Source of the DNA: an uncultured Gemmatimonadales bacterium
GTDB lineage: Bacteria; Gemmatimonadota; Gemmatimonadetes; Gemmatimonadales; GWC2-71-9
DNA length: 64,000 nucleotides
Assembly: GCA_963697755.1 (NCBI GenBank)
Contig: CAVOPE010000007.1
Location: forward strand, 38,973-102,972
Direction: 5' to 3'
Of the stretch, positions 42,691-53,224 are shown in pieces; position 1 is the first letter of the stretch, and each line of letters starts with the position of its first letter. Both the position numbers and the translations under genes were made by a program. The notes beneath the pieces are model-generated. The model had not been told where the DNA came from. It did not search any database and saw only the letters and a list, made by a program, of their open reading frames with translations.

Positions 42691-43974
42691 GTGGCCAAAG
42701 AGACGCTCACGATCACGGACAACCGCACCGGCCGCAGCTACGAGGTGCCGATCGCGGACGAGACCATCCGCGCCACGGACCTCCGGCAGATCAAGGTCAA
42801 GGACGACGATTTCGGCCTGATGACCTACGATCCGGCCTTCATGAACACGGCTGCGTGCCGGAGCGCCATCACCTACATCGACGGCGACAAGGGCATTCTC
42901 CGCTACCGCGGCTATCCCATCGAGCAGCTCGCCGAGCGCGCCACCTTCCTCGAGGTGGCCTACCTGTTGGACCAGGGCGAGCTTCCCACCAGGGCCCAGC
43001 TCGACGAGTACACCAGGCAGATCAAGTTCCATACCTACGTCCACACCAACATCACCAAGTTCCTCGAGGGCTTCCGCTACAACGCCCACCCCATGGGCAT
43101 GCTGCTTGGCGTAGTGGGCGCGCTCTCGACCTTCTATCCGGACGCGAAGCACATCGACGATCCCGAGAACCGCGCCTTGCAGAAGGTCCGCCTGCTGGCC
43201 AAGGCGCCGACCATCGCGGCCTTCGCGTTCCGGCACTCGCGCGGGCTGCCCTTCGTCTTCCCGGACAACGATCTCGACTACATCGGCAACTTCGTCAACA
43301 TGACGTTCAGCATCGGCGGGCGGCACAAGCCCAACAAGGTGCTGCAGCGCGCGCTCGAGATTCTCCTGATTCTCCACGCCGATCACGAGCAGAACTGCTC
43401 CACGAGCGCGGTGCGCGGGGTCGGCTCGTCGCACGTGGATCCGTTCTCGGCGATCAGCGCCGGCATCGCCGCGCTGTACGGGCCGCTGCATGGCGGCGCC
43501 AACGAGGCCGTGCTCGAGATGCTCCACGAGATCGGGGACAAGAAGAACATCCCGAAGTTCATCGCGGAGGTGAAGGGCGGCGCCGGGCGCCTGATGGGCT
43601 TCGGGCACCGGGTCTACAAGTCGTACGACCCGCGGGCCAAGCTCATCAAGCGGGTGGCGGACGACGTCTTCAAGGAGACCGGGCTCAACCCCAAGCTCGA
43701 GATCGCACTCGAGCTCGAGCGGATCGCCCTGGAGGACGAGTACTTCATCAAGCGGAAGCTGTACCCCAACGTCGACTTCTACTCGGGACTCATCTACCAG
43801 GCGATGGGCTACCCCACCGAGTACTTCACGGTGCTCTTCGCGCTCGGGCGGATGCCGGGATGGCTGGCGCAGTGGGAGGAGATGCTGCTCGACAAGGACC
43901 AGAAGATCGCGCGCCCGCGGCAGATCTTCACGGGCCGTGACGAGCGTCCGTTCGTGCCCATCGAGAAGCGCTGA
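42691..43974 (+). CDS. gltA: Citrate synthase
   Basis: GGAGGAG RBS plus GTG start; [30 protein letters not shown] and YPNVDFYSG. Confidence 0.96.
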   Translation: MAKETLTITDNRTGRSYEVPIADETIRATDLRQIKVKDDDFGLMTYDPAFMNTAACRSAITYIDGDKGILRYRGYPIEQLAERATFLEVAYLLDQGELPTRAQLDEYTRQIKFHTYVHTNITKFLEGFRYNAHPMGMLLGVVGALSTFYPDAKHIDDPENRALQKVRLLAKAPTIAAFAFRHSRGLPFVFPDNDLDYIGNFVNMTFSIGGRHKPNKVLQRALEILLILHADHEQNCSTSAVRGVGSSHVDPFSAISAGIAALYGPLHGGANEAVLEMLHEIGDKKNIPKFIAEVKGGAGRLMGFGHRVYKSYDPRAKLIKRVADDVFKETGLNPKLEIALELERIALEDEYFIKRKLYPNVDFYSGLIYQAMGYPTEYFTVLFALGRMPGWLAQWEEMLLDKDQKIARPRQIFTGRDERPFVPIEKR

Positions 43975-43981
43975 GGTCCCC

Positions 43982-45937
43982 ATGACCGACCAGCTCGACA
44001 CGCTCCTCCAGGAGCAGCGCCGCTTCCCTCCCACCGGCGAGTTCACCGCGCAGGCGAACGGCACGGCCGCCCTATACGAGGCCGGCGCGCGGGATCGTGA
44101 CGGGTTCTGGGCCGACCAGGCGCGGGCGCTGAGGTGGATCCGCCCCTGGGATCGCGTGCTCGACTGGCAGCTGCCGCACGCCAAGTGGTTCGTCGGCGGA
44201 AAGCTCAACGTGGCCGACAACTGCCTGGATCGGCACCTCGCCGGCCCGCTGCGCAACAAGGCCGCGATCATCTGGGAGGGCGAGCCGGGCGACCGCCGGG
44301 TGCTGACGTACTGGGACCTCGCCCGCGAAGTCCGCCACGCCGCCAACGCGCTCAAGCAGCTGGGCGTGAAGAAGGGCGACCGGGTGGCAATCTACCTGCC
44401 GATGGTGCCCGAGGTCGCGATCGCCATGCTGGCCTGTGCCCGGATCGGCGCGGTGCACTCGGTGATTTTCGGCGGCTTCTCGGCGGAATCGGTGCGCGAC
44501 CGGGTGAACGACGCCAAGGCCAAAGTGCTGATCACCGCCGACGGCGGATATCGCCGCGGACAGGTCGTGCCGCTCAAGCGGATGGCCGACCAGGCGATGG
44601 CGGAGTCGCCCTCGATCGAGCACTGCATCGTGGTCCAGCGCCGTCCCGGCGGGCCGGGCGACGAGTCGTTCGCCACGATGAAGGAGGGGCGCGACCACTG
44701 GTGGCATCGGCTGCTGGACGGCGTTCCGAGCGATTGCCCGCCGGAGCCGATGGACGCCGAAGACCTGCTCTTCATCCTCTACACCTCCGGCACCACGGGC
44801 AAGCCGAAGGGGATCGTGCACACGACCGGCGGCTACCTGACCCAGGTCGCCGCCACGACGAAGTACGTCTTCGACCTCAAGCCGACCGACGTGTTCTGGT
44901 GCACGGCCGACGTGGGGTGGGTGACGGGCCACTCCTACGTGGTCTACGGTCCGCTCGCCAACGGCGCGACCGTGCTGATGTACGAAGGCGCCCCCGACTG
45001 GCCCGAGCGCGACCGGTTCTGGTCGCTGATCGCGACCTACGGCGTCACCATCCTCTATACCGCCCCCACCGCGATCCGCGCCTTCATGAAGTGGGGCACG
45101 CAGCATCCCGCCAAGCACGACCTGTCGACGCTCCGCCTGCTGGGCAGCGTGGGCGAGCCGATCAACCCCGAGGCCTGGATCTGGTACCAGACGAACATCG
45201 GCGGCGGCCGGTGCCCTATCGTGGACACCTGGTGGCAGACCGAGACCGGCGGAATCATGATCACGCCGCTGCCCGGTGTCACCACCACGAAGCCCGGGTC
45301 GGCGACGACGCCGTTTCCTGGCGTGGTGGCCGAGCTGGTGGACAATGGAGGGAAGGTGCTGCCCAAGGGGGGCGGGTTCCTCACCCTGGCCGCCCCGTGG
45401 CCCGGGATGCTGCGCACGATCTACGGCGACGACCAGCGGTACCAGGAGACCTACTGGTCCCGCTTCCCGGGCCGCTACTTCGCCGGCGACGGCGCCAAGC
45501 TGGACGACGACGGCTACTGGTGGATCCTGGGCCGGGTGGACGACGTGCTCAACGTGGCGGGGCACCGAATCGGCACGATGGAAGTCGAGAGCGCACTGGT
45601 GGAGCACCCGGCAGTCGCGGAGGCCGCCGTGGTCGGGAAGGCCCACGACCTCAAGGGCCAGGCGCTCGCCGCCTTTGTGACCCTCAAGGACACCCACCAG
45701 GCGAGCGACGAGCTCAAGGATGATCTCAAGGCGCACGTAGCCCTGAAGATCGGTGCGATCGCCAAGCCGGACGACATCTTCTTCTCGGCCGATCTGCCGA
45801 AGACCCGGAGCGGCAAGATCATGCGCCGGCTGCTCAAGGACATCGCCGAAGGTCGCGCGCTGGGCGACACCACGACGCTCGCCGATCCGGGGGTGGTGAG
45901 CAAACTCAAGGACATGTACGAGTCACAGGAGGCGTGA
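43982..45937 (+). CDS. acs: Acetyl-CoA synthetase
   Basis: [21 protein letters not shown] and [12 protein letters not shown]. Confidence 0.96.
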   Translation: MTDQLDTLLQEQRRFPPTGEFTAQANGTAALYEAGARDRDGFWADQARALRWIRPWDRVLDWQLPHAKWFVGGKLNVADNCLDRHLAGPLRNKAAIIWEGEPGDRRVLTYWDLAREVRHAANALKQLGVKKGDRVAIYLPMVPEVAIAMLACARIGAVHSVIFGGFSAESVRDRVNDAKAKVLITADGGYRRGQVVPLKRMADQAMAESPSIEHCIVVQRRPGGPGDESFATMKEGRDHWWHRLLDGVPSDCPPEPMDAEDLLFILYTSGTTGKPKGIVHTTGGYLTQVAATTKYVFDLKPTDVFWCTADVGWVTGHSYVVYGPLANGATVLMYEGAPDWPERDRFWSLIATYGVTILYTAPTAIRAFMKWGTQHPAKHDLSTLRLLGSVGEPINPEAWIWYQTNIGGGRCPIVDTWWQTETGGIMITPLPGVTTTKPGSATTPFPGVVAELVDNGGKVLPKGGGFLTLAAPWPGMLRTIYGDDQRYQETYWSRFPGRYFAGDGAKLDDDGYWWILGRVDDVLNVAGHRIGTMEVESALVEHPAVAEAAVVGKAHDLKGQALAAFVTLKDTHQASDELKDDLKAHVALKIGAIAKPDDIFFSADLPKTRSGKIMRRLLKDIAEGRALGDTTTLADPGVVSKLKDMYESQEA

Positions 45938-46031
45938 CGGGAGCGCCGACGGCGAGAGTGGCTCGCGGGAACGAGTGATCGGGGAACGCCGAGGGGGACG
46001 CGGCGCGAGGCCGCGACGGTCTCCGACCCCA

Positions 46032-46060
46032 CCCCGCGCGGGCGGCTAGCCCGCGCGGGG
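46032..46060. terminator. Hairpin between convergent acs and speA
   Basis: CCCCGCGCGGGC-GGCTA-GCCCGCGCGGGG. Confidence 0.6.
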
Positions 46061-46065
46061 CGCAG

Positions 46066-47988
46066 CTACCCCACCGGGACGTCGCCCTCCAGATAGGTGT
46101 AGCCTTCCAGCCCCGCCACGAAGTCCGCGATGAAGCTGTTGGCTTCCTGGCGGCTGAGGTCCTTCGCGGCGTTCACCTTGCGGCGCCAGGTGGCCAGCAG
46201 GTCCGACGCATGGAACTGCACGTAGTTGAGCACCTCGGTCACGGTGTCGCCGTGGACCATGTCGGTGATCTCGTAGCCCTGCTCCGTGAGCCGCACGTGC
46301 ACCGCGTTGGTGTCGCCGAAGAGGTTGTGCAGGTCGCCCAGGATCTCCTGGTAGGCGCCGGTGAGGAAGATGCCCAGGATGTAGGGCTCGCCGTCGCGCA
46401 CCGGATGCAGCTCGAGCGACGGCTTGCCTTTCCGTCCTCCGGTGAACCGGTCGATCACCCCGTCCGAGTCGCAGGTCACGTCCTGCAGCGTGCCACGCCG
46501 GGTCGGCGGTTCGAGCAGCCGGTGGATCGGCATGATCGGGAACAGCTGGTCGATGGCCCAATTGTCCGGCAGCGACTGGAACACCGAGAAATTGCAGAAG
46601 TAGCGGTCCACCAGCTCCGCGTCGATGTGCGAGGCGATCTCGGGGAACGCCGCCCGATCCTCGCCCATGGCGCGCTGGATGACGTTGAGGGTAACCAGAT
46701 AGAGCTGGTCGGCCGCGGCCTTCTCCCGGAGCGAGAACACGCCGCTCGCGAAATACTCTTGGGCGCGCTCCTTGGCGAAGATTGCGTCGTGGAACACCTC
46801 CTCGATGCGATCCGCGCTCATCCCCTCCAGATTCTCGCCCAGCTCGACCAGGAGGGGGTGGGCGTCCTGCTCGAGCTGAGGCGCCACCGGCTCGATCTGC
46901 GACTCGACGTCGATCACGTTGATCAGCAACAGCGAGTGGTGGGCGGTGAGCGCGCGGCCCGATTCCGAGATCAGGTGGGGCATCGGCAGGCTTTCGGCCC
47001 GGCAGACGGCCCCGATCGTGTAGACCACGTCGTTGGCGTACTCCCGCATCGAGTAGTTCATGCTGGCGGGACGCGTGGACCGTGAGCCATCGTAGTCCAC
47101 CCCCAGGCCGCCGCCCACGTCCACGTGGGTCACGTCGAATCCCATCGCGCGCAGCTCGGCGTAGTACCGTCCGACCTCCTCCAGCCCCGCCTTCACGTAG
47201 CGGATGTCGGTGATCTGGCTGCCGAGGTGGAAGTGGACCAGCTTGAGGATGTCCTTCCGCCCCAGCCGCTCCAGCTGGTCCAGCAGCCGCATGAGCTCCA
47301 CCGCGCCGAGCCCGAACTTGGAGCGCTCGCCGCCACTCTTGGCCCAGCGGCCCGACCCTTCGGTGGCGAGCTTCACCCGCACGCCCGCGGTCGGCTGCAC
47401 GCCCATCTCGTCCGCCACCTTGAGCAGCACCTCGAGCTCGTTGAGCTGCTCGAGCACGATCATCACCGTGTGCCCGAGCTTCTGTCCCATGAGCGCGAGC
47501 CGCATGAACTCCTCGTCCTTGTAGCCGTTGCAGACGATGAGGTGGTTCGTGCTCTCGTTGAGCCCGAGGATCGCCTGAAGCTCCGGCTTGCTGCCGCACT
47601 CGAGGCCCACGCCGTGGGGTGCCCCGAACTCCACGATCTCCTGCACGACATGGCGCTGCTGGTTCACCTTCACCGGATACACCGTGGTGTAGGTGCCGCC
47701 GTACCCGAACTCCTTGATCGCGCTCGCGAACTCCGAGGCGAGCGACTGGATCCGGGAACGCAGGATGTCGGAGAAGCGGAGCAGGAGGGGGAGCCCGACG
47801 CCCTGGGCGTTCAGGTCCATGGCCAGCTGATAGAGGTCGAGACCGCGCTTCCGGTTCGCGTCGGGGTGCACGGTCACGTGCCCCTCGGGACTCACGCGAA
47901 AGTACCCGAGGCCCCAGCCGTTCATGTTGTACAGCTTCTCGGCGTCCTTGACGGTCCAGGTCGGCGGCGCGGCGGCGGTGGTGGCGAT
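46066..47988 (-). CDS. speA: Biosynthetic arginine decarboxylase (apparent ATC start)
   Basis: YPVKVNQQ, ECGSKPEL, HFHLGSQI, DVGGGLGVDY and DVTCDSDG. The conserved N-terminal W...A..LY lies upstream of the first ATG. Confidence 0.95.
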   Translation of the reverse strand: MATTAAAPPTWTVKDAEKLYNMNGWGLGYFRVSPEGHVTVHPDANRKRGLDLYQLAMDLNAQGVGLPLLLRFSDILRSRIQSLASEFASAIKEFGYGGTYTTVYPVKVNQQRHVVQEIVEFGAPHGVGLECGSKPELQAILGLNESTNHLIVCNGYKDEEFMRLALMGQKLGHTVMIVLEQLNELEVLLKVADEMGVQPTAGVRVKLATEGSGRWAKSGGERSKFGLGAVELMRLLDQLERLGRKDILKLVHFHLGSQITDIRYVKAGLEEVGRYYAELRAMGFDVTHVDVGGGLGVDYDGSRSTRPASMNYSMREYANDVVYTIGAVCRAESLPMPHLISESGRALTAHHSLLLINVIDVESQIEPVAPQLEQDAHPLLVELGENLEGMSADRIEEVFHDAIFAKERAQEYFASGVFSLREKAAADQLYLVTLNVIQRAMGEDRAAFPEIASHIDAELVDRYFCNFSVFQSLPDNWAIDQLFPIMPIHRLLEPPTRRGTLQDVTCDSDGVIDRFTGGRKGKPSLELHPVRDGEPYILGIFLTGAYQEILGDLHNLFGDTNAVHVRLTEQGYEITDMVHGDTVTEVLNYVQFHASDLLATWRRKVNAAKDLSRQEANSFIADFVAGLEGYTYLEGDVPVG

Positions 47989-48172
47989 GGTGAGTCTCCG
48001 GCGAAAGGTCGAGCGGAAAATGTAATGGGGTTGGGCCGCTGCCGCCCCGCCTCAGTAGCGCCGGCGCCACACCGCTCGAATCCGGTGCAGTCTGCAGTCC
48101 CTCGCACGCCTTGCAACCGCTGCTTTTTCAGACGTTTGCGACTCTGCGACACAGCGTCGCCGGCATCCGCCA

Positions 48173-48189
48173 CCGGCACGATCCTCGCA
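48173..48189 (+). promoter_or_regulatory. sigma54 (-24/-12) promoter candidate
   Basis: CCGGCACGATCCTCGCA has GG-N10-GC with a GGCACG core, about 75 nt before the ATG at 48263. Confidence 0.55.
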
Positions 48190-48262
48190 CTTCCGCCAGG
48201 CGTACCGCCCAATCAATTGACGTTCAGTTCTTGCACTATCCCTACGGTAAAAGGGGGGCAGA

Positions 48263-48928
48263 ATGGCCGCACCCAGTCTGATCGCAACCCGCCGGTTCTC
48301 GAGCCCGCTGCGTCTCCGCCTGCAGGTGCTGTTCGCCAAGGCGTTCGAGTCGCTCGCCGATACGTACCGTACGCAGGCCACGGAGTTCGTCCGCCGTCTG
48401 AGCGGACGGATGTCGGTCGAGGACGCGCTCGACCGGTATTTCAGAGAGGTGGGCGTTCCCCAGGCCATGGAGTCCACGGTCCGCGCCCGCGCGCTGATCG
48501 CACTCGCGCCGACGGCACGGGACGTTGCGGAGCCCGAGCCCCGCACCTCGGCCGGCTGGAGCCATCTCCGCCCGGACCAGATGATCGACGCCATCCGCCG
48601 CCGGGCGCAGAGTCAGGAAGAGACCAGTCTCGACTGCCGGATGGCGGCCTCAGTCTCGGACGAGGCAGTCGCCGCCACCCACGTGGCGATGGCACTCGAG
48701 ACCGTGGCGCTGCTGGAAGACGAGATGAGCGCGGACGACGCCATCATGCACTACGTCCGCTATTTCAACCTCCCGTCGATAGAGGCCCAGATCATCTTCC
48801 GCCGCACCCTGGCCGCGTGGGCTGAGCGCCATCCCGTCCGGGAGCCGGCGGCGGCGAGCGTGTGCGCGCCGGCTCCGGCACTGTCGTTCGGCCGGCGGGT
48901 CCCGCTCAGCCTCCGGGTAGTCGGCTAG
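48263..48928 (+). CDS. Hypothetical helical protein with an internal duplication
   Basis: Purine-rich RBS. Two similar segments (MSVEDALDRY / MSADDAIMHY). Confidence 0.7.
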   Translation: MAAPSLIATRRFSSPLRLRLQVLFAKAFESLADTYRTQATEFVRRLSGRMSVEDALDRYFREVGVPQAMESTVRARALIALAPTARDVAEPEPRTSAGWSHLRPDQMIDAIRRRAQSQEETSLDCRMAASVSDEAVAATHVAMALETVALLEDEMSADDAIMHYVRYFNLPSIEAQIIFRRTLAAWAERHPVREPAAASVCAPAPALSFGRRVPLSLRVVG

Positions 48929-48957
48929 CGGGCGCCGGCCGATCGGCCGGCGCCCGC
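48928..48957. terminator. Perfect 30-bp palindrome between convergent genes
   Basis: GCGGGCGCCGGCCGA|TCGGCCGGCGCCCGC. Confidence 0.6.
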
Positions 48958-48979
48958 GTGCACGGCCGCGGCGACGCAC

Positions 48980-49777
48980 TCAGCGTCCGGCCACCCGGAT
49001 CGGTCGAAATCGAGCCAGGGTCCGCGGGCCCCACAGGATCGTGACGATTCCTGCCGTGACGGCGCTCAGCACGCCGGTGAATCGCGGGTCGTAGTGTGAG
49101 CCCGAGTTCGGGAACAGCTGCCAGCAGAGATTGCTGACGGCGTGGTACAGGGAGGCGGCGACGACGCTCCTGCCCGCGTTGTTGTACAGCCAGACGATGA
49201 TGACCCGTGAGGCCACCGTTCCCAGGCACCACCAAGCGATCCAGCCTGGCGCCCGGTGCGCCTGGGCAAGCGGGACGACATGCCACACCGCCCAGACCAG
49301 GCCCAGCAGGATGCCCGCCCGCAGCGCGCTCCAGCGCTCCTGCATCCGTTCGGTGGCATAGGCCGACCAGCCCAACTCCTCCGTCAACGCGAGTACGAAG
49401 AACCCGAGGAACAATCCCGGCGCGGCCGCGATCGCGAAGTGCGGCTCCGGCAGCGGCTCCCCGAGCGCGCGCATCAGCGCGTACGCGACGACCGTCAGAC
49501 CCGGCATCAGCAGCACGATGGGCAGGTACCAGGCCTTGGGCGTGATGCGCCGGTAGTCCAGGGCTCGTTTCAACAGGGCGGAGAGGCCCGCGATCCCATT
49601 CTCACCGTACACCAGCACCGACGCCGCCACGAGCGGGCAGACCGCCTGCAGGGCGCTCACCGGGAGGCCCGGCAGGAGCTGCTTCGATCTCGTCGCGCCG
49701 AGGATCCAGAACGGAACCGACAGGGCGAACACCAGCAGGACGAATCGCAGCGGGGTCCCGGTGGTGCGGGCGGCCAC
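48980..49777 (-). CDS. CPBP (CAAX/Abi) family intramembrane metalloprotease
   Basis: LTEELGW, WAVWHVVP and LYHAVSN motifs in a multi-TM protein. Start uncertain. Confidence 0.85.
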   Translation of the reverse strand: MAARTTGTPLRFVLLVFALSVPFWILGATRSKQLLPGLPVSALQAVCPLVAASVLVYGENGIAGLSALLKRALDYRRITPKAWYLPIVLLMPGLTVVAYALMRALGEPLPEPHFAIAAAPGLFLGFFVLALTEELGWSAYATERMQERWSALRAGILLGLVWAVWHVVPLAQAHRAPGWIAWWCLGTVASRVIIVWLYNNAGRSVVAASLYHAVSNLCWQLFPNSGSHYDPRFTGVLSAVTAGIVTILWGPRTLARFRPIRVAGR

Positions 49778-49785
49778 GGCGGGCT

Positions 49786-50154
49786 TCAGGCGACGGTGAT
49801 CCGTGGCTCCTGTTCGTGCTCGCGCCACCACCAGGTCGCCCGGAACCCCTGGGCCAGGAAGTAGGCCACCGCGAGGGCCAGCGCGATCAGAATCGGCTGT
49901 CCCTGCCGCCAGCCGGCCTGCGCCAGCAGGCTCACCAGATACAGGAGCAGCGCCCCCGACGCGACCCAGCTGCGCTGGTTCATGCCGTGGCCTAGGCCCA
50001 CGACGATGATCGCGCCCATGAGCAGATTGAAGGAGAGGGAGAAGATCGCCCCCAGGAGCATGACGGTCGCGCTGCCGAGCGCGACGTACCACGCGCGCTG
50101 CACGTGGATGGGAGCCGTGTCTTCGGTGATCGGCCCTCGGATCAGGAGGTCCAT
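49786..50154 (-). CDS. Hypothetical membrane protein
   Basis: 122 aa with about four hydrophobic segments and an RBS. Confidence 0.6.
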   Translation of the reverse strand: MDLLIRGPITEDTAPIHVQRAWYVALGSATVMLLGAIFSLSFNLLMGAIIVVGLGHGMNQRSWVASGALLLYLVSLLAQAGWRQGQPILIALALAVAYFLAQGFRATWWWREHEQEPRITVA

Positions 50155-50175
50155 GTCGTCCCCTTGTCGCTCGGG

Positions 50176-51441
50176 TTATCCGGCCTGGGTGGCCAGTCGC
50201 GCGGCCTTGGTCATCAGGTAATCTCGCTCGGGCACGCTCATGGTGCGCTCCGCCGCCGTTCGGTAGTGCACGAGGGCCCGCTCACGGTCGCCCGCCATCT
50301 CGTGGAGATGGCCGCGCACGGCATCGAGTCGGTAATGCCCGGCCAGCTTTCCGTCCTGGTCCAGCGCCTGCACCAACTCGAGGCCCATCCGGGGCCCGTG
50401 GACCATCGCGGCCGCGATCGCGCGGCTCAGCGCCACCATCGGGTTGTCGGACATCCCCATGAGCAGCTCGTAGAGCGCGAGGATCTGGGGCCAGTCCGTG
50501 TCCTCGACTCGTCCCGCTTCGTCGTGCAGGGCCGCGATGGCGGCCTGGAGCTGGTACGCGCCGGCCGATCCGGTGGCGAGCGCCTCGGATACCAGCATGG
50601 TTCCCTCGCCGATCAGACCGCGATCCCACAGGCCGCGATCCTGCTCATCCAGCGGGATCAGCTCGCCGCCAGCCCCGGTCCGCGCGGCGCGGCGGGCATC
50701 GGTGAGCAGCATGAGCGCCAGCAGCCCCGCCACTTCCCCGTTCGTCGGGAGCAGCGCGCGCACCGCCCGGGTCAGCCGGATCGCCTCGTTGGCGAGATCG
50801 GCCCGCTGGAGCGCCTGCCCGACGCTGCTGCTGTACCCTTCGTTGAATATCAGATAAAGCACGTGCAGCACGGCGGCCAGCCGCTGGTCGCGCTCGTCCT
50901 CGGTGGGCAGGCTGAACGGGATCCGGGACGCGGTGATACTCTGCTTCGCCCGGCTGATTCGCTGGGCCATCGTCGGCTCGGGCACCAGAAACGCGTTGGC
51001 GATCTCCGCGGTGGTGAGCCCCCCTACAGCGCGAAGTGTGAGAGCGATCGCCGACGGGGCGGTGAGTGCCGGATGACAGCACATGAACAGCAGGACCAGC
51101 GTGTCGTCACGGTCCCCCGGCGCGTCGTCGTCCGCGGCCGGTGCGAACGGCGCCTCCGCCGCGAGCTGGGTCGCGACCACGTCCTCGCGCCGGCGCCGTG
51201 CCTGTTCGCTCCGCACATGGTCCGTGAGCCGGCGGACGGCGACACGGTAGAGCCAGCCGCTCGGGTTGTCCGGAATTCCTTCGACCGGCCACTGCGCCGC
51301 CGCCGCGATCAGCGCGTCCTGAACGGCGTCCTCGGCGGCAGCGAAGTCCTCGTGTCGCCGCGCGACGGCACCGAGGACCTTGGGCGCGAGCTCGCGCAGC
51401 AGAGACGGGAAGGAAGCGCCGGTGCTGGGCTCCGTGAGCAC
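50176..51441 (-). CDS. ECF42-like sigma factor with C-terminal extension (DUF6596/TPR)
   Basis: AEDAVQDA, LLFMCCHPAL, TMAQRISRAK, LYLIFNEGY and TDWPQILALY. Confidence 0.9.
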   Translation of the reverse strand: MLTEPSTGASFPSLLRELAPKVLGAVARRHEDFAAAEDAVQDALIAAAAQWPVEGIPDNPSGWLYRVAVRRLTDHVRSEQARRRREDVVATQLAAEAPFAPAADDDAPGDRDDTLVLLFMCCHPALTAPSAIALTLRAVGGLTTAEIANAFLVPEPTMAQRISRAKQSITASRIPFSLPTEDERDQRLAAVLHVLYLIFNEGYSSSVGQALQRADLANEAIRLTRAVRALLPTNGEVAGLLALMLLTDARRAARTGAGGELIPLDEQDRGLWDRGLIGEGTMLVSEALATGSAGAYQLQAAIAALHDEAGRVEDTDWPQILALYELLMGMSDNPMVALSRAIAAAMVHGPRMGLELVQALDQDGKLAGHYRLDAVRGHLHEMAGDRERALVHYRTAAERTMSVPERDYLMTKAARLATQAG

Positions 51442-51552
51442 GCCTCACCCTCATGAGTCGGAAAGACGCTCAGCCAACGCCGCCGGATACGATCCCGCGC
51501 TAGGCATGACGAGCCGGTGTCATGTCACCCACAGTATATCAGGACGCAGCCA

Positions 51553-51835
51553 TCACGATGGCTCTGGCTTCACCTCGATCCACGCCCAGGCCTCGTACGG
51601 CCCGATCACCGCCCTCAACTTTCGGCCCCCCGGCTTCACGCACCTAAGCCGGTAGCCCTTGTTCCGCCACGGGCGGGCACGGTCGAACTGCACGGCGGCC
51701 CCCGGTGGGTCGACACCGTCTTCGGGCACGAGGATGGCCGCCTGCACGGGGTGGCCGAGCGTGTCGAGCTGCGCACGCGACACCCAGCGACAGGATGAAC
51801 AGCGACAATGGCGATGGGAGACAAGTGACGTTCAT
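51553..51835 (-). pseudogene. Possible degraded or frameshifted small secreted protein
   Basis: Signal-like MNVTCLPSPLSLFILSLGVAC joins the QLDTLGHP.. frame only through a frameshift near 51775. Confidence 0.25.
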
Positions 51836-51909
51836 TCCCATGAATGATCGCCCACCTCTCCAAGGACACGTAAGGGGGTTTGATCAAGGAGGGTGCCGTG
51901 CGAGACAAA

Positions 51910-51941
51910 GCCCCTGCGGACCGAGGTCGCCGCAGGGGCTC
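51910..51941. terminator. Hairpin downstream of the YciI gene
   Basis: AGCCCCTGCGG, 10-nt loop, CCGCAGGGGCT. Confidence 0.55.
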
Positions 51942-51973
51942 TGAAGAAGCTGTCGGGGGAGCTTTCCCCCGGG

Positions 51974-52372
51974 CTACGCCTGCTCCGGGGGGGCGCTCAT
52001 CACCTGGCGCACCTCGATCGGAATGGTCATCGGCTTCCCCCCAGGCCCCGGCGCCGAGGAAGCCTTGGCCGCGATCTCGTAGGCGCGCTCCGGCCGGTCG
52101 ACCTCGACGATCCAATAGCCGGCGAGAAACTCCTTGCTCTCGGGGAACGGCCCGTCGGTTACCGCGGGCACCCCGCCCTTCCCCGTTCGCACGACCTTCG
52201 CTTGACCGGGAGGCGCCAGCCCTTCGGCGCCAAGCAGCTCTCCTGCCTTCGTGAGCTCCTGGTTGAGGCTGTGCATGAACGCGATGTGGGCCTTGAAATC
52301 CTCGGGGGCCCAGTCGTTGACCTTGTAGTCCCGAGCGCTGCCGGGAACGTGCATCATCAGCATGAAGCGCAT
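51974..52372 (-). CDS. YciI (DGPF) family protein
   Basis: MRFMLMMH..VTDGPFPESKEFLAGYWIVEV..IEVRQV. Confidence 0.9.
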   Translation of the reverse strand: MRFMLMMHVPGSARDYKVNDWAPEDFKAHIAFMHSLNQELTKAGELLGAEGLAPPGQAKVVRTGKGGVPAVTDGPFPESKEFLAGYWIVEVDRPERAYEIAAKASSAPGPGGKPMTIPIEVRQVMSAPPEQA

Positions 52373-52512
52373 GGTTCCGTCTCCTCTGAGGGTGTGGCGC
52401 CTTCCACGGCGCTGGTACAGAGAAGTCGGAGCCGGCGGCGCGTTCTCGACATTCCCGGGGACGGCCCGCCGGATCGAGGGCCACGTGCGCCCCCGATCCG
52501 ACGATAAGGCCT

Positions 52513-52797
52513 TCAGGACTTCGAGCGGGAGCTGGACCGCTTCCGCGCGCCACCGGCGCTCTTCCGCCGGGAGGACGATTTGGCCTTTCGGGGGACCTTC
52601 GCGCCTTTCTTCCGCGCCTCCGAGAGCCCGATCGCGATAGCCTGCTTGCGGCTCGTCACCTTCCCCCCGTGCCCGGACTTCCCCCGCCGCAGGGTGCCCT
52701 TCTTCCGCCGCCGCATCGCGCTCTCGACCCGCTTGCTCGCGCCCTTGCTGTATTTGCGGCCGCTCGACTTGCGAGAGGAAGTCTTCTTCGCTGCCAT
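52513..52797 (-). CDS. Small basic DUF6496-like protein
   Basis: GKVTSRKQAIAIGLSEARKKGAKVP motif; GGAGG RBS. Confidence 0.8.
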   Translation of the reverse strand: MAAKKTSSRKSSGRKYSKGASKRVESAMRRRKKGTLRRGKSGHGGKVTSRKQAIAIGLSEARKKGAKVPRKAKSSSRRKSAGGARKRSSSRSKS

Positions 52798-52937
52798 ATG
52801 TCCTCCGTGCAGAACAGGGTGAATCGACTGAGCCAACGCCCATGTCGGCTTCGCGGCACGCGCGCGGCGCGTGTCGCCGACGATTCTGCGGGAAGCGGCG
52901 CGGACGCGCAACGACGAGCATCACATCGCTGGACGCC

Positions 52938-53180
52938 TCAGGCCGGTCGCTCGCGCTTGAAGTAGTAGTGGACGCGCTCGACCACCGGCGCCACACCGAT
53001 GAGCTCCCACCCTTGGTCGCCGAGCGCGTTCAATTCCTGCTCCGACGGCAGCGACGAAGCGTCGCGGACGACGTCGCGATACTCCCAGCGAGCCACCACC
53101 GCGACCCAGGGCGGCTCGACCCGCCCGCCGGGGGTCGGGTGATGTGGCGGTGGAAACGGGATCTCGAGCTCGCGAATCAT
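52938..53180 (-). CDS. DUF4177-like small protein
   Basis: RWEYR..ELNALGDQGWELIGV..YYFKR; GGAGG RBS. Confidence 0.75.
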   Translation of the reverse strand: MIRELEIPFPPPHHPTPGGRVEPPWVAVVARWEYRDVVRDASSLPSEQELNALGDQGWELIGVAPVVERVHYYFKRERPA

Positions 53181-53224
53181 TGATTACCTCCCATGCTGTC
53201 GGCGCCGACGGCACGGCCGCCCGC

